Below, in pieces: positions 1-10,038 of a DNA stretch of 64,000 nt. A model generated the notes under the pieces. It worked only from the letters and a program-made list of their open reading frames with translations. It ran no database searches and was not told the DNA's origin. The stretch's first letter is position 1. Every line of letters starts with the position of its first letter. The DNA is from Candidatus Omnitrophota bacterium (GTDB lineage: Bacteria > Omnitrophota > Omnitrophia > Omnitrophales > JACROU01), in the NCBI GenBank assembly GCA_029261035.1, contig JAJDCD010000012.1:6958-70957 (forward strand), in the 5' to 3' direction. Both the position numbers and the translations under genes were made by a program.

Positions 1-2
1 AG

Positions 3-176
3 AAAGTTAAAAGACATATATACGAGCCTTTTCAATCCACTAAAAAAGGTGGGACAGGACTAGGATTAGCTATTGTTTATAAAATTGTTCAAAGTCATGA
101 TGGAACTATTGAAATGAAGAGTCAGGAAAATATTGGAACAGAATTTAACATACGTTTTCCAATCTATGCGGAGTAG
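3..176 (+). CDS. Sensor histidine kinase, C-terminal HATPase_c fragment (5' partial); PilS-like by position
   Basis: Frame-3 translation ends ...GGTGLGLAIVYKIVQSHDGTIEMKSQENIGTEFNIRFPIYAE* (G2 box and C-terminal ATP-lid region). It lies immediately upstream of an NtrC-type regulator and the pilin/pilMNOPQ genes. Confidence 0.6.
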   Translation, partial: KVKRHIYEPFQSTKKGGTGLGLAIVYKIVQSHDGTIEMKSQENIGTEFNIRFPIYAE

Positions 177-180
177 TTGA

Positions 181-1563
181 ATGGATAAACTAAAAACACC
201 TATTATGGTTATCGATGATGAAGAAGGTATCTTGAGCTTCTTAAGCAAAGCATTAAAGAGAGAGGGGTATGATGTCCATTGCTATGACAACCCTCAGATT
301 GCTGTTGCGAAACTGGAAAGCATTCAACCTAAGATTGTAATATCTGATATTGTAATGCAGCCCATGAGTGGGCTTGAGGTTTTGAGTAGAATCAAGGGTT
401 TTGATTTAGAGATAAATGTTATTTTGATTACAGCACATGCATCAGTCGATAGTGCTGTCTCTGCTGTTAGAGGAGGTGCTTTTGATTATCTAACCAAGCC
501 TTTTGATGTGGATGACGTCTTATTAACTGTAAAACGAGCTTTGAGTGCAAAACGTCTTCAAACGACAAATATTGATTTGGAAAAGAAAACTCAAAATAAA
601 TACCAATTTTCTAACTTGGTGGGTAAGAGCAGCAAAATTAAGGAAATTTACTCCATGTTAGAAAAAATTTCTAAAACCGAAAGCACTGTTTTGATTGCGG
701 GTGAGAGTGGCACAGGGAAAGAGTTGGTTGCTCGTGCTATACATTTTAATTCAAAGAGAAAGTCAGAATCTTTTGTCAGCGTTAATTGTGCATCTTTACC
801 GGATCAGTTATTAGAGAGTGAATTGTTTGGACATGAAAAAGGTTCTTTTACTGGGGCAATAGAAACTAAGCCTGGCTTATTAGAAGTAGCAAATAAAGGC
901 ACATTTTTATTAGATGAAATTGGAGACACTTCTCTAAATGTTCAAGCTAAATTGCTTCGAGTTTTACAAGAGAGAGAAATTAAAAGAATTGGAGGCGTTA
1001 AAAACATTCCTGTCGATGTTAGGGTAATAGCTGCGACAAGTAAAAATTTACCTGCAGAAATTGAAAATAAATTATTTAGAGAGGATTTGTTTTATCGGTT
1101 GAATGTTATCCCAATTTTTATGCCTGCACTAAGAGAACGAAAAGAAGATATTCCTCTTTTGATACAGCATTTTATTACATCTCTTAAATATAAATACCAG
1201 ATGGAAAAGGAGCTTATATTTTCTGAGGAGACTTTAGCTTATCTTGGTGAATATAATTGGCCTGGAAACATTCGCGAATTAGAGAATATTGTAGAAAGAA
1301 TTTATATGCTTTCGGAGGATAAAAATATAAATAAGGAATGTATTAATGATTTATTAGGTAAAGAGTTAAAGCCTGTTAAAGATATGACTAAGGGTGGGAC
1401 AATGCTTATTGAGTTAAAAAATGAAACGGAACGATTCGAAAGACAAATGATTGGTGAGGCTTTAGATAAAGCAAAAGGAAACAAGCTTCAAGCAGCAAAG
1501 AGACTTCATATAAGTAGACAAACTCTTCAATATAAGATCAAAAAGTACAATTTAGATGAATAA
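181..1563 (+). CDS. pilR: Sigma54-dependent response regulator (REC + AAA+ sigma54-activator + Fis-type HTH), PilR-like
   Basis: N-terminal REC domain (phospho-accepting Asp in VISDIVMQP). Walker A GESGTGKE and GAFTGA-type motif (GHEKGSFTGA). C-terminal HTH (LQAAKRLHISRQTLQYKIKKY). It is adjacent to the pilin gene, which has a sigma54 promoter. Confidence 0.8.
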   Translation: MDKLKTPIMVIDDEEGILSFLSKALKREGYDVHCYDNPQIAVAKLESIQPKIVISDIVMQPMSGLEVLSRIKGFDLEINVILITAHASVDSAVSAVRGGAFDYLTKPFDVDDVLLTVKRALSAKRLQTTNIDLEKKTQNKYQFSNLVGKSSKIKEIYSMLEKISKTESTVLIAGESGTGKELVARAIHFNSKRKSESFVSVNCASLPDQLLESELFGHEKGSFTGAIETKPGLLEVANKGTFLLDEIGDTSLNVQAKLLRVLQEREIKRIGGVKNIPVDVRVIAATSKNLPAEIENKLFREDLFYRLNVIPIFMPALRERKEDIPLLIQHFITSLKYKYQMEKELIFSEETLAYLGEYNWPGNIRELENIVERIYMLSEDKNINKECINDLLGKELKPVKDMTKGGTMLIELKNETERFERQMIGEALDKAKGNKLQAAKRLHISRQTLQYKIKKYNLDE

Positions 1564-1672
1564 TATTTTTACAGACTGACAAGTTTTTTTACAAAAAGTA
1601 CCCTGTGTGTCATAAGTAAACAAAAAAAGGCTTTAGTCTAGGTAATAAAATACCGTATTAAAGATTAACGTT

Positions 1673-1688
1673 TGGCATTCTATTTGTA
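1673..1688 (+). promoter_or_regulatory. Sigma54 (-24/-12) promoter TGGCAT-N5-TTGT upstream of the pilin gene
   Basis: TGGCATtctatTTGTA: GG at 1674-75 and G(T) at 1686-87, correct 12-bp register. It sits ~45 nt upstream of the pilin ATG (1734). An RBS aaaggagg is at 1719-1726. Confidence 0.55.
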
Positions 1689-1733
1689 TGTATTATACGT
1701 AGTATTGTTAACTTTTTAAAAGGAGGCGTCATC

Positions 1734-2171
1734 ATGTTATGTAAATTAAATTCAAAAAAAGGTTTTACGCTTGTCGAAATTATGATTGTTGTTGCTATTA
1801 TTGCTCTACTTGCTGCTATTGCTATTCCTAACTTATTGCGAGCTCGATTAAACGCTAATGAGTCTGCTGCTAAGGCTTCATTAAGAACTGTTAGTAGCGC
1901 TTGTGAAAGTTTTCGTGCAGCACAGAATCCACCAAGCTATCCTGCGAATTTGGCAGCTCTTTCGGCTGCAAATCCACCTTATATTGATAACACGTTAGCC
2001 GCTGGAGCGAAACAAGGTTATACCTTTACTTATGCTCTAGTAAATGCCAATCAATATACGGTTACAGGAGCTCCAACAACAGCTAATATTACAGGTGTGA
2101 ATACATTTTTTGTTGATGAAACAGGTGTTATTCGATTCACCAATGCTGCGGGTAACCCGATTGAGGGATAA
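1734..2171 (+). CDS. pilA: Type IVa pilin (prepilin with class III leader)
   Basis: Leader MLCKLNSKKG followed by FTLVEIMIVVAIIALLAAIAIPNL (G-1/F+1/E+5 prepilin peptidase motif). 145 aa. Confidence 0.85.
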   Translation: MLCKLNSKKGFTLVEIMIVVAIIALLAAIAIPNLLRARLNANESAAKASLRTVSSACESFRAAQNPPSYPANLAALSAANPPYIDNTLAAGAKQGYTFTYALVNANQYTVTGAPTTANITGVNTFFVDETGVIRFTNAAGNPIEG

Positions 2172-2251
2172 ATTGCCTCTGTTATAAAAAACATCTTTCC
2201 AGGGATATCTTCAGGTATCCCTGGGATAGTATTTTAAAAGAAAGAGATGTT

Positions 2252-3304
2252 ATGAATCTTAACAGCTGGCAAAAAAAAACATTAGAATGGATAAGACCTG
2301 TTCCTATTGAGTATTATTTGTCTTTACATTTAGGGAATAGCAATTTAGTTTTATCTGAGTTTGAAAAAAATCAAGACACGTTTAAGTTAATACGCTTGTC
2401 TCATCACCCTCTTTCTAATCAACAAGATAAAAGAGAAGATTCATTTAAAACTCTTTTGGATAAAGAGGTTTTAGCTAATAAAAAAATTTTTATTTCTGTT
2501 CCTTGTGAATCAGGTATTTCTCGTATTATTCAATACCCTATTATGGACACAAAGCAGCTTAAAGATTCTCTAAACTTTCAAGCTGAAAAATATTTACCCT
2601 TTTCCTTATCTGAAATTTATTTTGATTGCCTGCCTATAAACCAATTTCAGAAAAAATCAAACTTAAATCAAATGGATGTTCTTCTCGTAGCTTGTAGAAG
2701 AGACGTTGTTATGAAAGCAATACAATCTATTCAAAAACATAATGGAGAACTATCTGGTATTAATTTGGATTCTATAGCGTCTCTTAATTCGTTTTTAAGA
2801 TGGGCTCCTTCAGAAAGTAAATCAATTTATCTTTATCTAGATGTTGGATATCACGTTACAAATATTAGTTTTGTACAGGGCGGAAAGCTTTTGTTTGTAA
2901 GAACGGTTTCTTATGGTGGTATGGATTTAATAGAATATTTAGCTAAAAACTTAAATATACCTGTTGCTGAAGCTGAAAGTGTACTGGTGAATGAAAATGA
3001 TTACAACGTTTCGACTAAAACGGTCTTTAAAAAAGCTATAGAGAAAATGATGAATGAAGTTAAGGTAACTATAAATTATATGGAAAGTCAAAGTGATCAA
3101 CCTTTAAGTTTGGAGAATATCTATTTATCAGGAGGCATTAGTCAAAATTTAATATTTAGAGAAGGTGTTGAAAGCAATCTTTCAGTTCAAGTCTACGATT
3201 GGGACCCATTAAAGGGAATCGACATTGACCCTTTAATTGATGGGGAATTGTTAAAAAAAATACGGGGGATTTTGCCAGTGTCTAGCGGTTTGGCTCTAGC
3301 ATAA
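2252..3304 (+). CDS. pilM: Type IV pilus assembly protein PilM (actin-like ATPase fold)
   Basis: 350 aa. The C-terminal LSGGISQNL... motif is typical of PilM/FtsA-like proteins. First gene of a pilMNOPQ block. Confidence 0.7.
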   Translation: MNLNSWQKKTLEWIRPVPIEYYLSLHLGNSNLVLSEFEKNQDTFKLIRLSHHPLSNQQDKREDSFKTLLDKEVLANKKIFISVPCESGISRIIQYPIMDTKQLKDSLNFQAEKYLPFSLSEIYFDCLPINQFQKKSNLNQMDVLLVACRRDVVMKAIQSIQKHNGELSGINLDSIASLNSFLRWAPSESKSIYLYLDVGYHVTNISFVQGGKLLFVRTVSYGGMDLIEYLAKNLNIPVAEAESVLVNENDYNVSTKTVFKKAIEKMMNEVKVTINYMESQSDQPLSLENIYLSGGISQNLIFREGVESNLSVQVYDWDPLKGIDIDPLIDGELLKKIRGILPVSSGLALA

Positions 3305-3311
3305 TAAAAAT

Positions 3312-3977
3312 ATGTTTGAAATAAACTTATTACCGGAAGAATTTAAAAAAATTGATGAAAAACCCAGAGTCGTTTCTTTCCGATTTGCCATGATTGTCAC
3401 TTCGGTATTAGGCATACTACTATGGTCATCCCTTTCTTTTATGGTTGGAACCATTAAAGTGGATCTTAATAACCTTTCTTTGCAAAACCAAAGTTTGCAA
3501 ACGAAATCAGTTGAAGCCGACAAAATTATAAGTGAAATAAACCAAAATTATTTAGAACGAAACAAAGTAATATTTAGTATAAATCGATTTAATCAGTTGT
3601 GGGCTTTTGTTTTTAGCGGAATCAGCAATCAGTTGCCGGAGACAATATGGTTTGAAAAAATCAAATTGCAAATGAAAGGCCCTAATACATGGGAGTTCAT
3701 GCTAAGAGGTATGGCTCAAGCAAGTACGGATGAACCTGCAATTAAAATTGTTGGGAAATACATTAGTTCTATAAAAAAAGTCTTAGAAAGTTCTATTAGA
3801 TTGAGTTATGTGTATGAAGGAAATGATCTGGGTGAGTTAAATAATTTAAGTGAGAAGATTTCTTTAGAAACATCTACAAATCAAAAGAATGTTGAAGATG
3901 TTACTGTAACAGAGTTCAAGAGCTGGTATTTAATGCTTGAGAATGAGGGGAGTCAGGATGAAACTCGGAAAAGGTGA
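3312..3977 (+). CDS. pilN: Type IV pilus assembly protein PilN
   Basis: Starts MFEINLLPEE (the classic PilN 'INLLP' start). Single TM, then a periplasmic domain. Confidence 0.7.
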   Translation: MFEINLLPEEFKKIDEKPRVVSFRFAMIVTSVLGILLWSSLSFMVGTIKVDLNNLSLQNQSLQTKSVEADKIISEINQNYLERNKVIFSINRFNQLWAFVFSGISNQLPETIWFEKIKLQMKGPNTWEFMLRGMAQASTDEPAIKIVGKYISSIKKVLESSIRLSYVYEGNDLGELNNLSEKISLETSTNQKNVEDVTVTEFKSWYLMLENEGSQDETRKR

Positions 3978-4548
3978 TCTTAAGAAGAAGTCTTTCAAAA
4001 TCCCTGATTTGAAGAGGAATAAATCCTCTTTTATTGGTGCTGCTTGTGTTCTTTTTATTTTTGCTGCAGGAATACTGCCAAGTAGTATCCAGTTTGTAAC
4101 TTTGAAATCTCAATCTGATAATGTAAAAAAACAGATCCTTCAATCACAGGAAAAAATTAGAAACCTTCCTCGTTTAGTTCAAAAGAAAGAAGAATACACA
4201 AAGAATATACGAAAATTAGAAAAACAATTTTTTGACGCTGTATTTTTACCTAATTTGATTGGTTTAATTTCCGAAGTAGCAAGTCAGGCCGATGTGAGAA
4301 TTTTATCTTCTAAACCAATGGAATTTGAGGGGGATGAAATGCTAGAAGAGAATAAATTCTACAAGCCTTTTATTATCAATTTAGAGTTAGAAAGTGGTTT
4401 TCATGAGTTGGGAAAATTCATTAATATTTTAGAGACGAATGAAAAGTGGTTTCGTATTAGTGAACTTAGTGTGACTAAGAAGAATGATGTTAAAGAGCAT
4501 AAACTGATTATTAATATGAGTATTTTGACTTTTTTGAAGAAAATTTAG
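3937..4548 (+). CDS. pilO: Type IV pilus assembly protein PilO
   Basis: 203 aa with a single N-terminal TM and coiled coil, positioned between pilN and pilP/Q. The true start may be the internal Met at 3958, since the 5' end overlaps pilN. Confidence 0.55.
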   Translation: MRMRGVRMKLGKGDLKKKSFKIPDLKRNKSSFIGAACVLFIFAAGILPSSIQFVTLKSQSDNVKKQILQSQEKIRNLPRLVQKKEEYTKNIRKLEKQFFDAVFLPNLIGLISEVASQADVRILSSKPMEFEGDEMLEENKFYKPFIINLELESGFHELGKFINILETNEKWFRISELSVTKKNDVKEHKLIINMSILTFLKKI

Positions 4549-4564
4549 TTAAAAGAGGTCTCGT

Positions 4565-4948
4565 ATGAAACATAGAATAAAGTTGAGTATTTGTCGTTTA
4601 TTTAAGGGAATAATTGGTGTAAGTCTCTTTTTTTTATGTATTTGTGAGATTTCATTTGGCGAGGAGGCAAAATTTTTGTATGATACCCATAGTCAAAGAG
4701 ATCCATTTATGCCTCTGATACAAAAAGTGGACCTTGAGAAGGATGCTGAGGATCCTAATTTTTCATGGGATCAGGTTAAACTACAAGGAATTGTGGTCGA
4801 TCCAATAGATGGTTCCTTCGTGATGATAAACGACGAGATATACCAAGAAGGCTCTCAAGTTGGGCCATATACAATTGAGCAAATATCAGATATGTTTGTT
4901 GTTTTTGCTTTTAACGATAAAAAATATCGTTTAGATATTGAGAGCTAA
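4565..4948 (+). CDS. pilP: PilP-like small pilus assembly protein
   Basis: 127 aa with a hydrophobic N-terminus. Located between pilO and the secretin. Confidence 0.45.
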   Translation: MKHRIKLSICRLFKGIIGVSLFFLCICEISFGEEAKFLYDTHSQRDPFMPLIQKVDLEKDAEDPNFSWDQVKLQGIVVDPIDGSFVMINDEIYQEGSQVGPYTIEQISDMFVVFAFNDKKYRLDIES

Positions 4949-4970
4949 TTTAAAAAACAAGGCCAATTAA

Positions 4971-6407
4971 TTGAAAAAAATCATATTCGTATTTCTTTTC
5001 CTATTCTTCATATCTTCATTCACGGTGTATGCACAGCCCGTTTTACTTGCAGAAACGAATGATTTAGTAGCTCAAGAAACTCAAGTTTCTCAGAGCGCTC
5101 CCGAACTCCCTGACGGTTATGTCAGTTTGGATTTTAAAGACGCTGAAATTCAGAGTGTTCTTAGAGTAATTGCATTGAAGAGTGGAGTAAACATTGTTGC
5201 CGGCCCTGAAGTTGAAGGCCGCGTTACTATGAGGCTGAAAGATGTGCCTTGGGAAAAGGCCTTAGCTGTTTTGCTTAAGACTTATGGATATGTATTTGAG
5301 AAAGATCAAAATATAGTAAGAGTAACAACTTCGGAAAACCTTCAGAAGGAACCTTTGGAAACAGAGGCTTATATACTGAACTATTCAAAAGCAGCAGAAA
5401 TTGCAAGTGCTGTTTCTGAACTTCTTAGTGAAAGAGGTCGGGTTAAAGCTGTTAATAGAACCAATACCATCATTGTGACGGACATGGCTTCTAATTTGTA
5501 CAATATTAGAAAGATTGTCAGAAATTTAGATAAGAGAACGCCACAAGCTGCGATTGATTCTAAAATAGTTAACACTCAACTTACAGACACTGAAAACTTG
5601 GGGATTGATTGGAATATTCTCGGAACTTTATCGGGTTCTAGTATTCCCACAACGTTCCCATTTAAAACTTCTACAGGAAGTGCTCTTCCTGATTCTTCCG
5701 CATTGAGTGGTTTTTTTCCAGTTCTAAACGCAGCGGGTGCAGGACCAATTCCAAATGCTTTAAACCCTAGAAATTTCCCATCCTTAGATGCCGCAGCAGC
5801 TACGATTGTAGGGGATACCTACACGTTGGGTGCTTTGAACTTTTCTCAGCTTACAGCTGTTTTTCAATTTTTAAAATCAAGAACAAACACAAAGATTGTT
5901 TCAAACCCACGTATCGTTGTTTTGAATAACGAAACAGCGAAGATTCAAGTGGGGCAAGAAATTTATATTCCCAAATTTGAACTTAATGAACAAACAGGAG
6001 CTTATGTAGTAAATGATTTTGAAGTAAGAGATACAGGGGTAATTATGAATGTTACCCCGCATATTAATTCAGCAGATGAAATTTTAGTAGAGGTACGACC
6101 AGAGGTTGTAAACTTTATCGGAGATCGTGTAGTTATACCTGGTGTTTTAACAGCCCCTCAGTTTGGAACAACTGAAGCTGAAACACAAGTGTTGATAAAA
6201 GATGGTGAAACAATTGCTATTGGCGGTTTATTAACTGACAATAGAGCTACAACTTATAATCGAGTCCCACTTCTTTCTAACATTCCTTATTTAGGAAAAG
6301 TATTTCGTTCCAAGAGAGAGACTGCGGGAACTGGGATCAAAGTTGAAACCATTTTCTTTATAACCGTAGACATTGTTGATACAGAAGGTCAAGATACTCG
6401 ACAATAG
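4971..6407 (+). CDS. pilQ: Type IV pilus secretin PilQ
   Basis: Signal peptide, N0-like domain (YVSLDFKDAEIQSVLRVIA) and a C-terminal secretin domain (...ETIAIGGLLTD...VPLLSNIPYLGKVFRS). Confidence 0.8.
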   Translation: MKKIIFVFLFLFFISSFTVYAQPVLLAETNDLVAQETQVSQSAPELPDGYVSLDFKDAEIQSVLRVIALKSGVNIVAGPEVEGRVTMRLKDVPWEKALAVLLKTYGYVFEKDQNIVRVTTSENLQKEPLETEAYILNYSKAAEIASAVSELLSERGRVKAVNRTNTIIVTDMASNLYNIRKIVRNLDKRTPQAAIDSKIVNTQLTDTENLGIDWNILGTLSGSSIPTTFPFKTSTGSALPDSSALSGFFPVLNAAGAGPIPNALNPRNFPSLDAAAATIVGDTYTLGALNFSQLTAVFQFLKSRTNTKIVSNPRIVVLNNETAKIQVGQEIYIPKFELNEQTGAYVVNDFEVRDTGVIMNVTPHINSADEILVEVRPEVVNFIGDRVVIPGVLTAPQFGTTEAETQVLIKDGETIAIGGLLTDNRATTYNRVPLLSNIPYLGKVFRSKRETAGTGIKVETIFFITVDIVDTEGQDTRQ

Positions 6408-6531
6408 TTATACAGAGTTGACATTGTAAGCACGGGTGCGTCCTCCTAAATAAAGTGAAAGTTACTTTATCTTCTAAAAGTTCATTCTGCCATATAAAAC
6501 ATAATATATTAAATGGAGAGAGTGAATTACC

Positions 6532-8079
6532 ATGGATAGAAAAATTCTAATTAGTTTAGAAGCAAATGAAAAAAGGGTGGCAATCCTTGAAAAAGGCCAT
6601 ATTGATGACTATTTTATCGAACGTCATGATAAACAGTATATGCTTGGTAATATCTACAAAGGTAAAGTAAGAACCATCATACCTGGTATTGAGGCCGCTT
6701 TTATTAATGTGGGCTCTGAGAAAGATGGGTTTTTATATGTTACCGATGCTGTTAGAAACCCTTTGGACGCGGAAGAGGAGCCAGAAATCGGTGGTACTGT
6801 AGCCGACGAAGAATGGGTTCCCAAGAAATTCAACAAGAATAAAGTGAAAATTAACGAGTTGTTGAAAGAAGGCCAGGAATTAATTGTTCAAGTTGTTAAA
6901 GAACCGATTAGAACTAAAGGCCCACGTTTAACGACATTCTTTTCTTTTCCAGCACGTTATTTAGTAATGATGCCCGGAGAAAATAAATTAGGAATTAGTC
7001 GAAAGTTAGACAACCCTAAAGAACGTGAAAGAATTAGAGAAATATTTAAGAGGTTAGATTACCCTTCAGACGTTGGTTTTATTGTAAGAACGGCTGGAAT
7101 GGGAAAGAGCGAGAAAGAGTTTAAGCGAGATGTTGATTATCTAGTTAGCATTTGGTCTCAAATTAAAAAAGATATTAATGTAAAGACTTCACCTTCTGTT
7201 ATTCATAAAGAATTAAGTCTTGTTGAAAGAATTATAAGAGATACCTTTTCAGAAGAATCAGATACGATCATTGTAGACGATCCTGCAACATTTAAAACAA
7301 TACAAGAATTTCTAAAAGAATATATGAAAGGGGAGAAGGTTAATCTTAAGCTTTACAAAGACACCGTCCCTTTATTTGAGAAATTTAATGTAGAGAAAGA
7401 AATTGAAAAATCTTTTCAGAAGAATGTGTATCTGAAGTCTGGTGGCCATATTGTAATTGAACAAACAGAAAGTTTGGTTGCTATCGATGTAAATACTGGG
7501 AAATTTACAGGGAGTCGAAATTTAGAAGAAACAGTTTACCGTACTAACTGTGAAGCTGCTAAAGAGATTGCTAAACAAATGAAGCTTCGAGACGTTGGCG
7601 GAATCATTATTATCGATTTCATTGACATGGAAGAAGAGGATCATAAAAAAAGCGTAATTAGAATTCTTAAAGAATCCGTTCGAAGAGATAGAGCTAAGAC
7701 AAATATTTTAAGAATTTCTGATTTAGGGTTAGTTGAAATGACACGTCAAAGAGTCCGCCCTTCCATTGAAAGTGCTTTATATCGTAATTGTAGTTATTGT
7801 AATGGAAAGGGTCTTGTAAAGTCAGAAACAACGATGGTGATACAAACGATAAAACAAATTCGACGTTCGTTTAGAGATGGCAAAAGAAAAACTCTAGAGG
7901 TCAATCTTAATCCAGATGTAGCGCAAAAGTTGCTACTTCAAGAAGCTAAGATGATTAAAACATTAGAACGCCAATATAAAAGTAAAATTATTGTAATTGC
8001 TAATCCATCTCTTCATATTGAAGAAGTGAAAATTGCTATAGTAAAGGCTCCTTCAAGATTGCGTATGTTTTCTAAGTAG
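6532..8079 (+). CDS. rng: Ribonuclease G / RNase E-family endoribonuclease
   Basis: N-terminal S1 domain followed by the RNase E/G catalytic core. 515 aa, a typical Rng size. Confidence 0.75.
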   Translation: MDRKILISLEANEKRVAILEKGHIDDYFIERHDKQYMLGNIYKGKVRTIIPGIEAAFINVGSEKDGFLYVTDAVRNPLDAEEEPEIGGTVADEEWVPKKFNKNKVKINELLKEGQELIVQVVKEPIRTKGPRLTTFFSFPARYLVMMPGENKLGISRKLDNPKERERIREIFKRLDYPSDVGFIVRTAGMGKSEKEFKRDVDYLVSIWSQIKKDINVKTSPSVIHKELSLVERIIRDTFSEESDTIIVDDPATFKTIQEFLKEYMKGEKVNLKLYKDTVPLFEKFNVEKEIEKSFQKNVYLKSGGHIVIEQTESLVAIDVNTGKFTGSRNLEETVYRTNCEAAKEIAKQMKLRDVGGIIIIDFIDMEEEDHKKSVIRILKESVRRDRAKTNILRISDLGLVEMTRQRVRPSIESALYRNCSYCNGKGLVKSETTMVIQTIKQIRRSFRDGKRKTLEVNLNPDVAQKLLLQEAKMIKTLERQYKSKIIVIANPSLHIEEVKIAIVKAPSRLRMFSK

Positions 8080-8092
8080 GTTTAAGTCTTAT

Positions 8093-8479
8093 TTAAGATT
8101 TGAAATTTTGAATGAATGAGATGAGCTTTTGTGAGAAATTTGGGTCGTTGCGCAGATTGGCAAGATCAGAGTCTTGTTTTAAGTGATCTATATCGTTATA
8201 GCCTAAGTTGAAGGCTTCCTTTATTGCACTCAAACTTTTTTCTAGTTCTCCTAGTAAACTATAGCTACAGCTTAAATTATAAAAGACAGTATCATCTGTT
8301 GGTAAAAGCAAAGATAGCTTTTTGTCCAGTATTAAACCTTCTTGAACTCTTCCTGATTTAGTATATATTTCAGCTAATGCGGATAAAGCTTCTATATGAT
8401 CAGGTTTTGAGGAAATGAGCTGTTCAAAAAAAGCTGTTTCATATTCCAATTGGGCTTTGTTTTCAGTAGAATCCTTCAT
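8093..8479 (-). CDS. TPR-repeat protein
   Basis: 128 aa. TPR-like helical repeats (ALSALAEIYTKSGRVQEG..., YNLSCSYSLLGELEKS...). Confidence 0.5.
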   Translation of the reverse strand: MKDSTENKAQLEYETAFFEQLISSKPDHIEALSALAEIYTKSGRVQEGLILDKKLSLLLPTDDTVFYNLSCSYSLLGELEKSLSAIKEAFNLGYNDIDHLKQDSDLANLRNDPNFSQKLISFIQNFKS

Positions 8480-8569
8480 AGGGTATATAGTAGCAGATTT
8501 TTGAGTATTAGAAAATCATGTTTCAATTCTGTTTTAAGCGTCATATAATAAGGTTCAAAGGAGAAATAA

Positions 8570-9682
8570 GTGGATATTAGTATTCTGTTTGCATTACTGC
8601 TTTTGCTGGTTTGCGGCTTTGCCTTATTTGTATTTTTTAGTCGTGAATTCAAAAGAGATCTATCTAACACACAAAATCGTGTTGAGGATTTTGTTTTAAA
8701 CCAAAACAAAGCCCTCCAACAAGAAGTTAAATTTTTATCTTCAGAGATATCAGATAAGCTTAAAGATCAAAACTCGGTTCTTAACCTAACTCAAAAAACT
8801 GTTGGAGAACGTTTAGAAGGTGCTAATAAAGTTGTTTCTGAGGTTCAACACCGTTTAGGACGATTAGAAGCAGCTTCTCAAAAAATATTTGATTTAGGAC
8901 AAGACATTAAAGATTTAGAACATACGTTAAAGGCTCCTAAATTAAGAGGTGTTTGGAGCGAGCTCTATTTAGAGGAAATTCTAGAGCAGATGATTCCAAA
9001 AGCACATTTTAAAATGCAATACACTTTCAAATCGGGTAAAACGGTAGATGCTGTTATTCAACTACAAGATGGGTTAATTCCTGTTGATGCTAAGTTTCCA
9101 TTAGAAAATTTCAAAAAAATTACTCTTGCTGAAACGGATACACTCAAAAAACAGACAAAGACTTTATTTGCTAATAACGTTAAAAAACATATTGATGATA
9201 TTCACGATAAGTATATTTTACCCAATGAAAATACTTTTGACTTCGCTATGATGTACATCCCCTCAGAAAGCATCTATTATGAATTGTCTACAGGAAGAGA
9301 TGAGTTCTTACGGGATAAAGAAATTTTTGAGTATGCCCGTAAAAAAAATGTGATTCCAGTTTCACCTAATACGTTTTATTCTTACTTACAAACTATAATG
9401 CTAGGGCTTAAAGGTTTAACGATAGAACAGAGTGCCAAAGAAGTTCTAGAACAATTATCTCGTTTAAAGCATGATTTTGATCGCTTCAAAGGAGATTTTA
9501 AACTTCTAGGAACTCATATTAAAAATGTAAAACAAACTCAAGAAAAATGCGAAAAATCATTAGGTAGATTTGAGGACGAGTTATTACAAGTTGAAAAAGA
9601 GTCTGACGAACCCCAAGCTTTAGAATCCTTGAATTTGGACTCTGAGAATGCTGAAAAGGAAAAATATGAAAAAATTGGCTGA
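8570..9682 (+). CDS. rmuC: DNA recombination protein RmuC
   Basis: N-terminal TM, long coiled coil, and the conserved RmuC core (...PNENTFDFAMMYIPSESIYYEL...). Confidence 0.7.
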   Translation: MDISILFALLLLLVCGFALFVFFSREFKRDLSNTQNRVEDFVLNQNKALQQEVKFLSSEISDKLKDQNSVLNLTQKTVGERLEGANKVVSEVQHRLGRLEAASQKIFDLGQDIKDLEHTLKAPKLRGVWSELYLEEILEQMIPKAHFKMQYTFKSGKTVDAVIQLQDGLIPVDAKFPLENFKKITLAETDTLKKQTKTLFANNVKKHIDDIHDKYILPNENTFDFAMMYIPSESIYYELSTGRDEFLRDKEIFEYARKKNVIPVSPNTFYSYLQTIMLGLKGLTIEQSAKEVLEQLSRLKHDFDRFKGDFKLLGTHIKNVKQTQEKCEKSLGRFEDELLQVEKESDEPQALESLNLDSENAEKEKYEKIG

Positions 9683-10016
9683 TTTGAATCATAAAAAAAT
9701 TGCTCGAATCTTATTTGGTATCTTACTCTTGTCCGTAATTTTTATCACACCGTTAGAGGCCCAGACTAAGAGCCCCATACCAGCATCCCTTTCAGATCTT
9801 ACAATTGTAAATGCAAGTAATGATGAAGTCATTGAAACAGGGGACGAGTTTACGGTTCTTGACATCCCTGAAAACTTCTTCTACTTTTCTCTTAAATCTC
9901 TTTCGGATTGCATAGCAAAATCCTGTGATATGACATTAAAAGGCGTTGACGCTTTTACTGGGTTGTTATTTAAACCCTTTAATCGTTCGGAAAAAGTAAA
10001 ACAATCTTCCTACTAA
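9648..10016 (+). CDS. Hypothetical secreted protein
   Basis: Signal-peptide-like N-terminus (ILFGILLLSVIFITPLEAQT). No recognisable domain. Confidence 0.35.
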   Translation: MLKRKNMKKLADLNHKKIARILFGILLLSVIFITPLEAQTKSPIPASLSDLTIVNASNDEVIETGDEFTVLDIPENFFYFSLKSLSDCIAKSCDMTLKGVDAFTGLLFKPFNRSEKVKQSSY

Positions 10017-10038
10017 TCCATAAGATAATTTCTCGAGT

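Noticed and set aside
8476-8709. 77-aa minus-strand ORF overlapping the rmuC start and TPR gene end
   Set aside because: It overlaps two better-supported genes and has no motif. Likely a chance ORF in a divergent promoter region.
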